Shown here one piece after another: positions 1-8,461 of a DNA stretch of 31,056 bases. How positions within the stretch are numbered: position 1 is the stretch's first letter; every line of letters begins with the position of its first letter. The notes under the pieces are model-generated. The model was given only the letters and a program-made list of their open reading frames with translations, did no database searches and had not been told where the DNA came from. The translations under genes and the position numbers were made by a program. This stretch comes from Escherichia coli (GTDB taxonomy: Bacteria > Pseudomonadota > Gammaproteobacteria > Enterobacterales > Enterobacteriaceae): the NCBI RefSeq assembly GCF_003334335.1, contig NZ_QOWQ01000047.1; one strand, written 5' to 3'.

Positions 1-463
1 CTTTATTATCGAGTTCGGTGACCGCCTGGACGGCCACTTCTGAGAAAAGGTATTTACACAGAATCCTGAACAGGCTCCCGCAATTCTTTACCCGCCAACC
101 TACCAACAATAGATGCACGTGCTCGTTTTTATCATCACCTAGATCGCCATCACTGTATTAATAGGTATGGTGATGTACTCACAATTCTACAAACCGACGG
201 CTGGCTTCCTCTACCGCAGAAATAATCTACTAAGGCGGTCTAAACGAAATTAATGATGAAATACCGGCATGTTGATAATATCAGAAAAGACATGCCATAG
301 TTATCTTGATCCGAATACCATGTGCGACGACTCGCTCAACTTCCATCATTCTTGGTACGTTGGAATCTCTTAATAAATTCTATCTGGCCACGGTGATTTA
401 TACCCTACTGAATTATATTGCTTTATTGAGAGAAACGGCCGTTCTTGGCAAGAAGCGGACAGA

Positions 464-907
464 CTAACTTAGCAGTAGGTCCGCTGTGAGCGAGGTGCAG
501 AAGTTCGCAATTGTTCTCGCAACCAAGGTAGCTAAAAAACACGGCAGGCAAATGTCTACATGTAAGATACACTTGCTATTATCAAGAATTTTAGTCCTGA
601 AGCATTTTAACTTTCTTCTCATGTTTTTATATTCGCCATTTATCCATTCAGGTTCTTCCCGAATAGCTGATCGCATACAGTGTGTTAGGATATCATTCCA
701 GAAAGCTGCAATCGCATCTGCAAACTCTATAAACTGTGTTTCTGTAACCTCTAGTTGCTCATGACGTAGACTAAATCTGACGGTGTCACCACGATGTAGC
801 ATCAGCATTGCGGTGAGCCGCCGGGCATGGTTTTTGTCATTTGTTTTATGGATAGTTTTCTGCATCAGGTGCCGTTCGGCTCTGGGTATTGGTACTATGA
901 TCGGCAT
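464..907 (-). pseudogene. Chimeric ORF. The first ~43 aa (MPIIVPIPRAERHLMQKTIHKTNDKNHARRLTAMLMLHRGD) match the N-terminal HTH of IS630-family transposases. The remaining ~100 aa are unrelated, so this is a truncated or remnant transposase fused to other sequence.
   Basis: The N-terminus matches the IS630 transposase start from memory (MPIIAPISRDERRLMQKAIHKTHDKNYARRLTAMLMLHRGD...). The ORF is far shorter than the ~340-aa full transposase and its C-terminal part is non-transposase. Confidence 0.45.
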
Positions 908-972
908 TACTCAGTCCGGCTGGTGATTTGGGATATTCAGCGATTGATCAGATCGCATAAACCGGACTGAGT
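779..972 (-). mobile_element. IS630-family element remnant: 5' end of the transposase gene plus its upstream terminal region. An 11-bp inverted repeat actcagtccgg / ccggactgagt lies at 902-912 and 961-971.
   Basis: The transposase-like coding part ends around nt 779. The inverted repeat flanks the start codon region. No intact element is present. Confidence 0.35.
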
Positions 973-1289
973 TCCCCTTGAGTGATCTACTATTCCGAGC
1001 AGCTATTTAGATTGTTATTGATGCCGGAAGAAAACATCACTCGATCAATTCCCCAATAGTCAAGCAAGCAAAAGAGAGTGCTGCACAGTTCAATGCTGGC
1101 CGTTTCATGCGAGGAAAATTCCCTTTTCATTGCAAGTTGCTCAAACTCTTTAGTGCCATCCTGAATGCGATGCTCAGAAAGAACAAAGAAATGTAATGAA
1201 TCCTGCCATCAGGTTACTCCATAATTTTGCTGGTCAAGACAGTTAATTACGTGACGTATGCTCAGGCACCGGATGCCGTTTTACCGGGT

Positions 1290-2021
1290 TCACCTGCCAT
1301 CCAGTAGACGCCCCGGCCCACGACTGCAACCATAATTACGTTGCCCGGAACCGTTATGCAACTTCGTTTCATTTTTCACGAGATAACGGGCTCTCTCCAG
1401 GGCTTTCTGCACCGCTTCCTTGTCACCACGCGTGACCCAGAGCACAGCGGATCCACCAGACTTTTTGTCAGAAGCCTTCCGGGTATCAGAACACCCACTT
1501 GGTAAAGGCGTGTCATCGGAAGAAGGGGGAGCAGCAGGTGATGTCGGTTTACGGGAAGGAGTCCACCTGGAAAAATGGACCAGCCCATCACCCAGCCAGG
1601 GCTCAATACGCAGGGCGCTGCACCATGCCTCCTGGATCAGCGTCGCCAGCGAAGAAGAAACGGTGAAATCCCCGAGCGAGCACCAGGTATCTTTGTTGAG
1701 CAGTAATATCACGTGATAATGTTTCCTGCCATACATCTTGCCGAACTCCCGGCACCAGAAATAACCCAGGCTGGTTGCATGCACACGCTGATTGGCACAT
1801 CTTTTTTTCCGCTGGTAAGCCTGAATTTTGGCTTTCAGGGATTCGAAAAAACGAGAAATCACCGCTGAATCCGGATCGGGCTCCATGATGGTGACAGGCA
1901 TATACTCAGGGAAACGTAAATCCACCCGGATTAACGAGACGGCACGGTGTTGCACCAGGGCACTGTTGAGAATACTTTCAAAACGGGATAACCAGTAATC
2001 ATTGTGTATTGGTTGATTCAT
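1290..2021 (-). CDS. YagK/YfjJ-family protein (inovirus Gp2-like, CP4-type island protein), 243 aa. It carries an internal Pro/Ser-rich insertion relative to the ~208-aa K-12 paralogs.
   Basis: The motifs LIRVDLRFPE, VISRFFESLKAKIQ, YFWCREFG, YHVILLLNKD and the C-terminal RYLVKNETKLHNGSGQRNYGCS match the YagK/YfjJ pattern. RBS ggaga lies upstream of the ATG at 2021. Confidence 0.7.
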   Translation of the reverse strand: MNQPIHNDYWLSRFESILNSALVQHRAVSLIRVDLRFPEYMPVTIMEPDPDSAVISRFFESLKAKIQAYQRKKRCANQRVHATSLGYFWCREFGKMYGRKHYHVILLLNKDTWCSLGDFTVSSSLATLIQEAWCSALRIEPWLGDGLVHFSRWTPSRKPTSPAAPPSSDDTPLPSGCSDTRKASDKKSGGSAVLWVTRGDKEAVQKALERARYLVKNETKLHNGSGQRNYGCSRGPGRLLDGR

Positions 2022-2690
2022 GATGAGAGATCTCCGTTGATTTGGATTGACTTCACATCATTAATCGCCGCGGTAAAACTTTACGGCATCCCACCAATGA
2101 GCAACGCCAATAGCTCCTGATTAAAACGGAATGAATCGTCCCGTAACGAAAAGATAATCCTGCACACGACAGCAAAACGTAAAACAACAGCATGAATGAG
2201 CTAAATGTCTAAAGAAAAACTGCCTTTTCACATTATTTTTCAGCGAGTAATCATACCAGCATCCCTAACATACGAAATCGCATCGTGATCGATCGCTGAT
2301 TCGCCGAACAACTGATCGAATACACCGGAATCTGCACTAACATCCTGATGGGTAACGGAAGACTAAAAAACCAGTGTTCTATTGATTGCACGGAATGCCT
2401 GTGCGCTGGCCTGACCAGTAAGCACAATTCTACGAGTAGTAAGATATCTACTCCAAAACCATGCGCAGTAGCCACCATATGTTGCCAGGGTGAAAAATAA
2501 GCTCAGAGCTATAGGGGAGTAATTCCCGTTAATGTCATCGCCGTACCTCAATCAGCTCACAAACTGGCTGAAACGTTAAGCTGAGGCCTTTATTCTTCAG
2601 ATGTATTTTCCGGTTTACCTGTAAATTATCTTCTGATATTTATCACATTAGTAATTGTGCTGATTATCTACATACTTCAAGGTCTGAAAT

Positions 2691-3221
2691 ATGAAGCTAA
2701 CAGAAGAAAGTCTGAATCTAGTCATTGACATCCTGAATGATTTGATCTGTGAAGGAAAAATGCTGAACGATGTGGAGCGCAGATCTCTGCTCAATGCAGT
2801 TATGGCAATTACAGCGGTAAAAGAACGTTCTGTCGTATCTGTATCATCCCGAAAAGAGCAAAGTAAGAAGGAGAAGAAGGAAAGAGAGATCGATCCTCGT
2901 TTCCCAAATGCTGGTGTGGCATGGAATGAGGCAGACGAGAGTTTATTGCGAGATGTTCTGGAGGATGTACCGGACGATGAAATTGGTAAACACCTTTTCT
3001 GGCTGGCAGAGAAACTAGGGCGAACCCCGTACAGTGTAGCCTGTAAAGTCAGACAAATTAAGAAATTACCTGCAGAATGGAAGGATCAATTTCGTAAAAT
3101 CTCTGACAGGATCCGTAGTTCTGGAATGTCAGTCAGTGAATATCTACAACGCCAGGGACTGTTAAGCCCAGAGTCAGGGGAAGAAAACAATCCTGTCAGT
3201 CATAACAACAATGTAGCTTAA
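2691..3221 (+). CDS. Hypothetical 176-aa protein. The N-terminus is helical, the middle is Lys/Glu-rich, and the C-terminal segment resembles a Myb/SANT-like DNA-binding motif (AGVAWNEADESLLRDVL...GKHLFWLAEKLGRTPYSVACKVRQ).
   Basis: Clean ATG-to-stop ORF of about 43% GC. The W-x2-E-E-x2-L...W-x-x-I-A-x-x-L-x-x-R-T-x-x-x-C-x-x-R pattern is typical of Myb/SANT repeats. I do not recognise a named family. Confidence 0.5.
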   Translation: MKLTEESLNLVIDILNDLICEGKMLNDVERRSLLNAVMAITAVKERSVVSVSSRKEQSKKEKKEREIDPRFPNAGVAWNEADESLLRDVLEDVPDDEIGKHLFWLAEKLGRTPYSVACKVRQIKKLPAEWKDQFRKISDRIRSSGMSVSEYLQRQGLLSPESGEENNPVSHNNNVA

Positions 3222-3236
3222 TCCTGAAGAAGATGA

Positions 3237-3272
3237 ACAGTTTATACTCTTTAAACTGTTCCCTTAATTTTA
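3237..3272 (+). terminator. Candidate intrinsic terminator after the 176-aa gene: aacagttta-(tactctt)-taaactgtt followed by cccttaatttt.
   Basis: 9-bp inverted repeat with a 7-nt loop and a T-rich tail 16 nt after the stop codon. The stem is AT-rich, so it is marginal. Confidence 0.3.
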
Positions 3273-3740
3273 GAAAAACAGTTTGTGTAAGTGCATGCTC
3301 CAACATTCTGAAGGCGTTATTTCTTACAATACATCATAATCATTGGCAGATCCTCATCTGAATCAAAACACCACAACCAATCATCACACTTTTTCTGAAA
3401 AGAGCCTTATGATGAAGATAATCACCTTACGCTGAGAAAAAACACCAGGGCCAGTTAATCACCTTATCAATCTCGCCGTTACAAAATCATCCATAAGCCA
3501 TTTAACAGTGTTATCGCAAACTCACAGTAAATCGCATCAGGTTACCTCAATCGGATTTGAGTTAATTCACTGGGCTTTACGTAAAGATACTTTTCTCAAG
3601 CTAACGTCGAAACTCGAAATCTAAGGAAAGGTTAAACGTAACATCAGTAAAATCGAATAGCAGATTGATTGCTTAAACAGAAAGGTTTTACAGCAGCATT
3701 AAACTGATTTAGTTAACGTAAAGATTTACTAAACTGGATG

Positions 3741-3885
3741 TGTATAGCAATGCTTAACGAAAACACTTGTAGAAGTGTTTATGAAAATACGTGTATGTCT
3801 GGTAAAACACTTAGTAGAAAATACGTGTATAACACTTACTGAAATGCTTAGTAAAAATACTTAGTAAAATACGTGTATATAGTAT
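3741..3885. repeat. Cluster of imperfect direct repeats (unit about ACACTTAGTAGAAAATACGTGTAT) plus a perfect 8-4-8 palindrome AAACACTT-GTAG-AAGTGTTT at 3761-3780. The core AAAATACGTGTAT occurs at 3784-3796, 3818-3830 and 3866-3878, spaced 34 and 48 bp apart. It sits inside a 1.16-kb AT-rich noncoding gap between two convergent genes.
   Basis: Read directly from the sequence. No ORF of 60 aa or more occurs on either strand between 3222 and 4384. Confidence 0.6.
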
Positions 3886-4384
3886 CATACCGACATTCTC
3901 AACATCTTCAGACTTCCATACATACTGGGTGTTAATTTTTCACTTTTACAGCCAGCATGGAGTTTTCTGTCCTAAAAACAGAGCAGATTTACTCTGGAGT
4001 TATTTTCCTGTTCACGTATTCAGTACAGCAGAAATCCCGTGATAACGAGACAGTAAACCATCGTAATCAGCGTCTGTAACTCCATCGCTTTACCCCAGAA
4101 AAGTTAAGCCATATAATGTGAGGGATATAAGTCGTCGTATCCGGTAAGTACAGATAACCACAACATAAGCTCATTCAGTAAATTTTATCTCTGAACAAAC
4201 GACTATGGCATGCTCATTTATACTATTCATAAGAAAGTGTGATTATCTGTAAGCATTAACCATCAAATCATATAACCATACTAAACTGGCGGATCATCAG
4301 CACCATTAGCAGGTAACTTATTGAAATTTTATTATGTGTTTTTTGTTGATAATTAATATGCAATATGAATTTGATATTTTAGAA

Positions 4385-5608
4385 TCATGAACACCATTTA
4401 AAATTACCATCATTAATATCATATAAAAATATATTTTTACTAAAACATGAATTGTATATATTTATTAGCTCAGGAAAATTATCAGGGTTCACCTTCAAAT
4501 TAACCTGAATGTTATGCTTAATTTCACCCAGTAGTTCTTCATGTGTGGATTTTATTATCCCATTATTATAATCGATAAATGCACACATGTTTTTTATGAA
4601 TTCAAAACCTTTTCCTGTATACAGTTTAATGAATGCCACCAGAGCAAACATTTCAAGATGTAGCCATAATGCTACGTTAGTTTTTTGCAAAGTATAAAAA
4701 ATTGAATTCGCCACTTTTTTACTTATTGCTCTTTTATACTGTGATCGAGCAAGATTCAGTAGCGGAAGCTCTCGTTCAATAAATGAATGTGAAAAGACTG
4801 GATAAATTGATGTCGGAAACCTTTCAGGCCTTATGATATTTTCTATTTCCACCATAAATCTATCCATAGAAAGAAAGTCACTTTCTTTTTTTATTCTGGT
4901 ATAGAGACCGCCTTTATTCCTTTCTGAGGTTTGTTTTCGTGCTATCCCCCCTAACAATTTCTCTAATTGTTTATTTATCTTCGTATAATTAAATACAACC
5001 ATTCTTCTTATCATCCTCGGAAGGATAATAATATCAGTGCTTGAATCACTTGAACGGCAATTATTATTTATCCATGCAACTTCAAGTTGCAGTATCGGAA
5101 CATTAACTTTTCTGGGGTGAATATCACTCTGATATCGTTTTTTGTATGCGTTTTCATTAAGATATTCTCTGCTGTAGAGAAACTTATAGCAATATAATCT
5201 GATAATATCTTTTATGTAAAATTTAAATAGTTCACCTGTAACAGATATATGTTTTCTGCTCAGTAACTCCTGTGTATTAAGCCATTCCCGTGACCGAAGC
5301 ACACCCTTGTGAAAACTTTTTCTTACTTGCTTTGAGGCACGGCATTGATGTAATATTTTTGCGTCCTCAATAATTCTCTTTCCCGTTTTATTTTTTGCAG
5401 CATCTCTTACTCCATAAAATATCTCCCGGTCCAGACTTTTGTCATATTTACTGATTATACGACAAATATTCCTGACCCGACGATTCTCTTTATTTCGCTT
5501 CCATAGCTTATAATGATCATCGCATAACCTTAAGGCATTTGCCTCATCAAATTCTGAAACAGGATTACTGCATTTTTTATTCCGACAAATACCTTTGTTT
5601 TTAGCCAT
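4385..5608 (-). CDS. Orphan hypothetical protein, 407 aa, very Lys/Arg/Asn/Ile-rich and very AT-rich. The N-terminus has a Cys/His motif (C-x4-C-x17-C-x2-H: CRNKKCSNP...CDDHY) suggestive of a zinc ribbon. No family recognised. It is a candidate accessory, abortive-infection or defense-type cargo gene.
   Basis: Long uninterrupted ORF with an ATG at 5608 and a GA-rich RBS (gggaagaagagt) upstream. GC content is far below the flanking genes, roughly one-third by eye (not computed). It is located in the variable slot of a CP4-like island. Confidence 0.6.
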   Translation of the reverse strand: MAKNKGICRNKKCSNPVSEFDEANALRLCDDHYKLWKRNKENRRVRNICRIISKYDKSLDREIFYGVRDAAKNKTGKRIIEDAKILHQCRASKQVRKSFHKGVLRSREWLNTQELLSRKHISVTGELFKFYIKDIIRLYCYKFLYSREYLNENAYKKRYQSDIHPRKVNVPILQLEVAWINNNCRSSDSSTDIIILPRMIRRMVVFNYTKINKQLEKLLGGIARKQTSERNKGGLYTRIKKESDFLSMDRFMVEIENIIRPERFPTSIYPVFSHSFIERELPLLNLARSQYKRAISKKVANSIFYTLQKTNVALWLHLEMFALVAFIKLYTGKGFEFIKNMCAFIDYNNGIIKSTHEELLGEIKHNIQVNLKVNPDNFPELINIYNSCFSKNIFLYDINDGNFKWCS

Positions 5609-5661
5609 ACTCTTCTTCCCGTCAATGGAAAAATTTTCACACCCATATTACCTGAATGATA

Positions 5662-5684
5662 AACCGGATTAGTGTGATCCGGTT
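5662..5684. promoter_or_regulatory. Palindrome AACCGGAT-(tagtgtg)-ATCCGGTT in the 100-bp divergent intergenic region between the 407-aa orphan gene and the GTPase gene. It is a candidate operator.
   Basis: Perfect 8-bp inverted repeat with a 7-bp spacer, 25 bp upstream of the GTPase ATG. Confidence 0.3.
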
Positions 5685-5708
5685 CAGTGAAATCAACAGG
5701 ATACCGGT

Positions 5709-7214
5709 ATGCCATTCAGCAATTCTTCCCTCTCCGCGCAAGTGAAATCATATCTGACGTTTCTTCCTGAAGAAATACGCCAGAAAATCCTTGAACATCT
5801 CCACGGTGTTATTCATTACGAGCCCGTGATTGGCATTATGGGTAAATCCGGCACCGGCAAGAGCAGCCTGTGTAATGCCATTTTTCAGTCCCGTATCTGC
5901 GCCACGCATCCCCTGAACGGCTGCACCCGCCAGGCTCATCGTCTTACCCTGCAGCTCGGTGAACGCAGAATGACGCTGGTCGATCTGCCCGGCATTGGTG
6001 AAACACCGCAGCATGATCAGGAATACCGAGCGCTTTATCGTCAGTTACTGCCGGAACTGGATCTGATTATCTGGATCCTGCGGAGTGATGAACGTGCGTA
6101 TGCTGCCGATATTGCCATGCATCAGTTTTTACTGAATGAGGGCGCAGATCCCTCGCGCTTTCTGTTTGTTCTCAGCCATGCCGATCGCATGTTTCCTGCT
6201 GAAGAATGGAATGCCACAGAAAAATGCCCGTCCCGTCACCAGGAACTCTCACTGGCGACAGTAACAGCCCGGGTGGCCACCCTGTTCCCTTCATCATTTC
6301 CGGTACTCCCCGTAGCCGCGCCTGCAGGCTGGAACCTTCCAGCGCTGGTGTCACTGATGATCCACGCGCTGCCACCACAGGCAACCAGCGCAGTTTATTC
6401 ACATATCCGGGGGGAAAACCACTCTGAACAGGCCCGGAAACACGCACAACTGACTTTTGGTGAAACCATCGGGAAAAGTTTTGACGACGCCGTTGCCCGT
6501 TTCAGTTTTCCGCCCTGGATGTTACAGCTTCTGCGCAAAACCCGGGACCGCATTATCCACCTGCTGTTCACTGTGGCATCCTTCTCCACCTCCGCCGGTA
6601 ACTGGGCTGTCAAAAACGGCTGGTGCCAGACCATGACGGAAGATGGTCAGGCGCTGGTAATGCTGAAAAATGGCACGATTGGTATTACCGGCCTGATGCA
6701 GGGATGCCCGAATGGCGTACAGACGCTCCTGGGCAGCCGTATCAGTATTAACGGTAACCTGATCCCCACATCACAAATGTGTAATCAGCAGACGGGATTC
6801 AGGGCTGTTGAGGTGGAAGTCGGACAGGCGCCGGAAATGGTCAAAAAAGCCGTTCACTCCATAGCAGAGCGTGATGTGTCCGTTTTACAGGCATTTGGTG
6901 TACGAATGGAATTCACCCGCGGTGATATGCTGAAGGTCTGTCCGAAATTTGTCACATCACTTGCCGGTTTTTCCCCGAAACAGACACCCGCCATTAATAA
7001 AGATTCCGTCCTGCAGGCTGCCCGGCAGGCATACGCCCGGGAATATGACGAGGAAACAACAGAAACCGCTGATTTTGGCTCTTACGAAGTAAAAGGCAAT
7101 AAGGTTGAGTTTGAAGTGTTCAATCCTGAAGACCGTGCGTACGACAAAGTGACCGTCACGGTTGGTGCTGACGGTAATGCCACCGGTGCCAGCGTTGAAT
7201 TTATCGGAAAATAG
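5709..7214 (+). CDS. Island GTPase of the YeeP/YfjP/YkfA family (50S-ribosome-binding GTPase-like; P-loop [16 protein letters not shown]). It continues in frame for about 210 additional C-terminal residues of unknown origin, giving 501 aa versus ~287 aa for the K-12 paralogs.
   Basis: Residues 1 to about 285 align closely with my memory of YfjP/YkfA ([90 protein letters not shown]). The ORF then runs a further ~650 nt with coding-like composition. Confidence 0.8.
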   Translation: MPFSNSSLSAQVKSYLTFLPEEIRQKILEHLHGVIHYEPVIGIMGKSGTGKSSLCNAIFQSRICATHPLNGCTRQAHRLTLQLGERRMTLVDLPGIGETPQHDQEYRALYRQLLPELDLIIWILRSDERAYAADIAMHQFLLNEGADPSRFLFVLSHADRMFPAEEWNATEKCPSRHQELSLATVTARVATLFPSSFPVLPVAAPAGWNLPALVSLMIHALPPQATSAVYSHIRGENHSEQARKHAQLTFGETIGKSFDDAVARFSFPPWMLQLLRKTRDRIIHLLFTVASFSTSAGNWAVKNGWCQTMTEDGQALVMLKNGTIGITGLMQGCPNGVQTLLGSRISINGNLIPTSQMCNQQTGFRAVEVEVGQAPEMVKKAVHSIAERDVSVLQAFGVRMEFTRGDMLKVCPKFVTSLAGFSPKQTPAINKDSVLQAARQAYAREYDEETTETADFGSYEVKGNKVEFEVFNPEDRAYDKVTVTVGADGNATGASVEFIGK

Positions 7215-7219
7215 CTGGT

Positions 7220-7453
7220 ATGTCGGACTGTCACCCTGTTTTATTGCCCGAAGGCCCTTTCTCACGCGAACAGGCGATGGCTGTCACAACAGCTTACCGC
7301 AATGTGCTTATTGAAGATGATCAGGGAACGCATTTCCGGCTGGTTATCCGCAATGCTGAAGGGCAGCTACGCTGGCGGTGCTGGAATTTTGAACCTGATG
7401 CCGGAAAACAGCTTAATGCGGGGCTCGCCAGTGAGGGAATTCTCAGGCAATAA
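7220..7453 (+). CDS. DUF905-family small protein (YkfF-like), 77 aa.
   Basis: The [55 protein letters not shown] pattern matches YkfF-type proteins. Its position between the GTPase and the DUF932 gene is conserved in CP4-like islands. Confidence 0.6.
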   Translation: MSDCHPVLLPEGPFSREQAMAVTTAYRNVLIEDDQGTHFRLVIRNAEGQLRWRCWNFEPDAGKQLNAGLASEGILRQ

Positions 7454-7551
7454 ACGTCTTCATTTCATCCATCAGGCCACGTCTTCTCCGGGAGACGTGG
7501 CTTTTTCATTTATTACACCAGTAAATCTTAACCACCAATAAGGAGCAAATC

Positions 7552-8370
7552 ATGCGATTAGCAAGTCGTTTTGGTTATGCGAACCAGATACGCCGTGACC
7601 GCCCCTTAACTCGCGAAGAACTGATGCAGGTCGTCCCCAGCGTATTCGGGGAAGATAAGCACACATCCAGAAGCGAGAACTATACCTGGATCCCCACCAT
7701 CACAGTGCTGGAAAGCCTGCAGCGGGAAGGTTTTCAGCCATTCTTTGCCTGCCAGACCCGCGTACGTGACCCGGGCCGCCGGGGGTATACCAAACACATG
7801 CTGCGTCTGCGCCGTGACGGGGAGATAAACGGACAACATGTCCCTGAAATCATCCTGCTGAACTCCCATGACGGTACCTCCAGCTACCAGATGCTGCCGG
7901 GTTACTTCAGGTTCGTCTGCCAGAACGGCTGCGTCTGTGGTCAGTCTCTGGGGGAAGTGCGTGTTCCGCACCGGGGAAATGTGGTGGACAGAGTCATTGA
8001 AGGGGCTTACGAGGTGGTGGGCGTGTTTGACCGGATTGAGGAAAAGCGTGATGCCATGCAGTCGCTGATTCTGCCGCCACCGGCACGCCAGGCGCTGGCA
8101 CAGGCGGCACTGACTTACCGTTATGGTGACGAACATCAGCCCGTCACCACCGCCGACATTCTGACGCCACGACGCCGGGAGGATTACGGTAAGGACCTGT
8201 GGAGTGCTTATCAGACCATCCAGGAAAATATGCTGAAAGGCGGGATTTCCGGTCGCAGCGCTAAAGGAAAACGTATCCACACCCGTGCCATTCACAGCAT
8301 CGACACGGACATTAAGCTCAATCGCGCATTGTGGGTGATGGCAGAAACGCTGCTGGAGAGCATGCGCTGA
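7552..8370 (+). CDS. DUF932-family protein (YafZ/YfjQ-like), 272 aa.
   Basis: The size, the RBS aggag at 7541-7545, the characteristic sequence (ENYTWIPTITVLESLQREGFQPFF, ILLNSHDGTSSYQMLPGYFRFVCQNG) and the synteny all fit. Confidence 0.75.
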   Translation: MRLASRFGYANQIRRDRPLTREELMQVVPSVFGEDKHTSRSENYTWIPTITVLESLQREGFQPFFACQTRVRDPGRRGYTKHMLRLRRDGEINGQHVPEIILLNSHDGTSSYQMLPGYFRFVCQNGCVCGQSLGEVRVPHRGNVVDRVIEGAYEVVGVFDRIEEKRDAMQSLILPPPARQALAQAALTYRYGDEHQPVTTADILTPRRREDYGKDLWSAYQTIQENMLKGGISGRSAKGKRIHTRAIHSIDTDIKLNRALWVMAETLLESMR

Positions 8371-8461
8371 TGCTGTTTCCCTGAAAGTGCAGCCCTGACT
8401 CACGTCTGTACCAGTCCCCAGGCATTCTTCCATTCATTTACTTTTTATAAGGAATCATCTC

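Noticed and set aside
1-460. Possible gene fragments at the window start (for example the - strand …SEVAVQAVTELDNK running off the edge)
   Set aside because: There is no start codon, no ORF of 60 aa or more, and no recognisable similarity. This cannot be supported.
2363-2551. 62-aa hydrophobic ORF (…SPIALSLFFTLATYGGYCAWFW…) that could be a small membrane toxin
   Set aside because: It exists only with a TTG start, has no internal ATG and no convincing RBS, and the ORFs overlapping it in the same region are equally weak. It is treated as noise.
3738-3842. 34-aa ORF MCIAMLNENTCRSVYENTCMSGKTLSRKYVYNTY overlapping the repeats
   Set aside because: Its periodicity simply mirrors the DNA repeats. 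There is no RBS, and it is most likely non-coding.
3741-3885. Possible CRISPR array, type III toxI-like repeat array, or retron msr/msd at the direct repeats
   Set aside because: The repeats are about 24 bp, imperfect and irregularly spaced (34 and 48 bp), with no cas genes, so they are not CRISPR-like. No downstream same-strand toxN-like ORF and no reverse-transcriptase gene is present. They are kept as a generic iteron/operator or ncRNA candidate instead.
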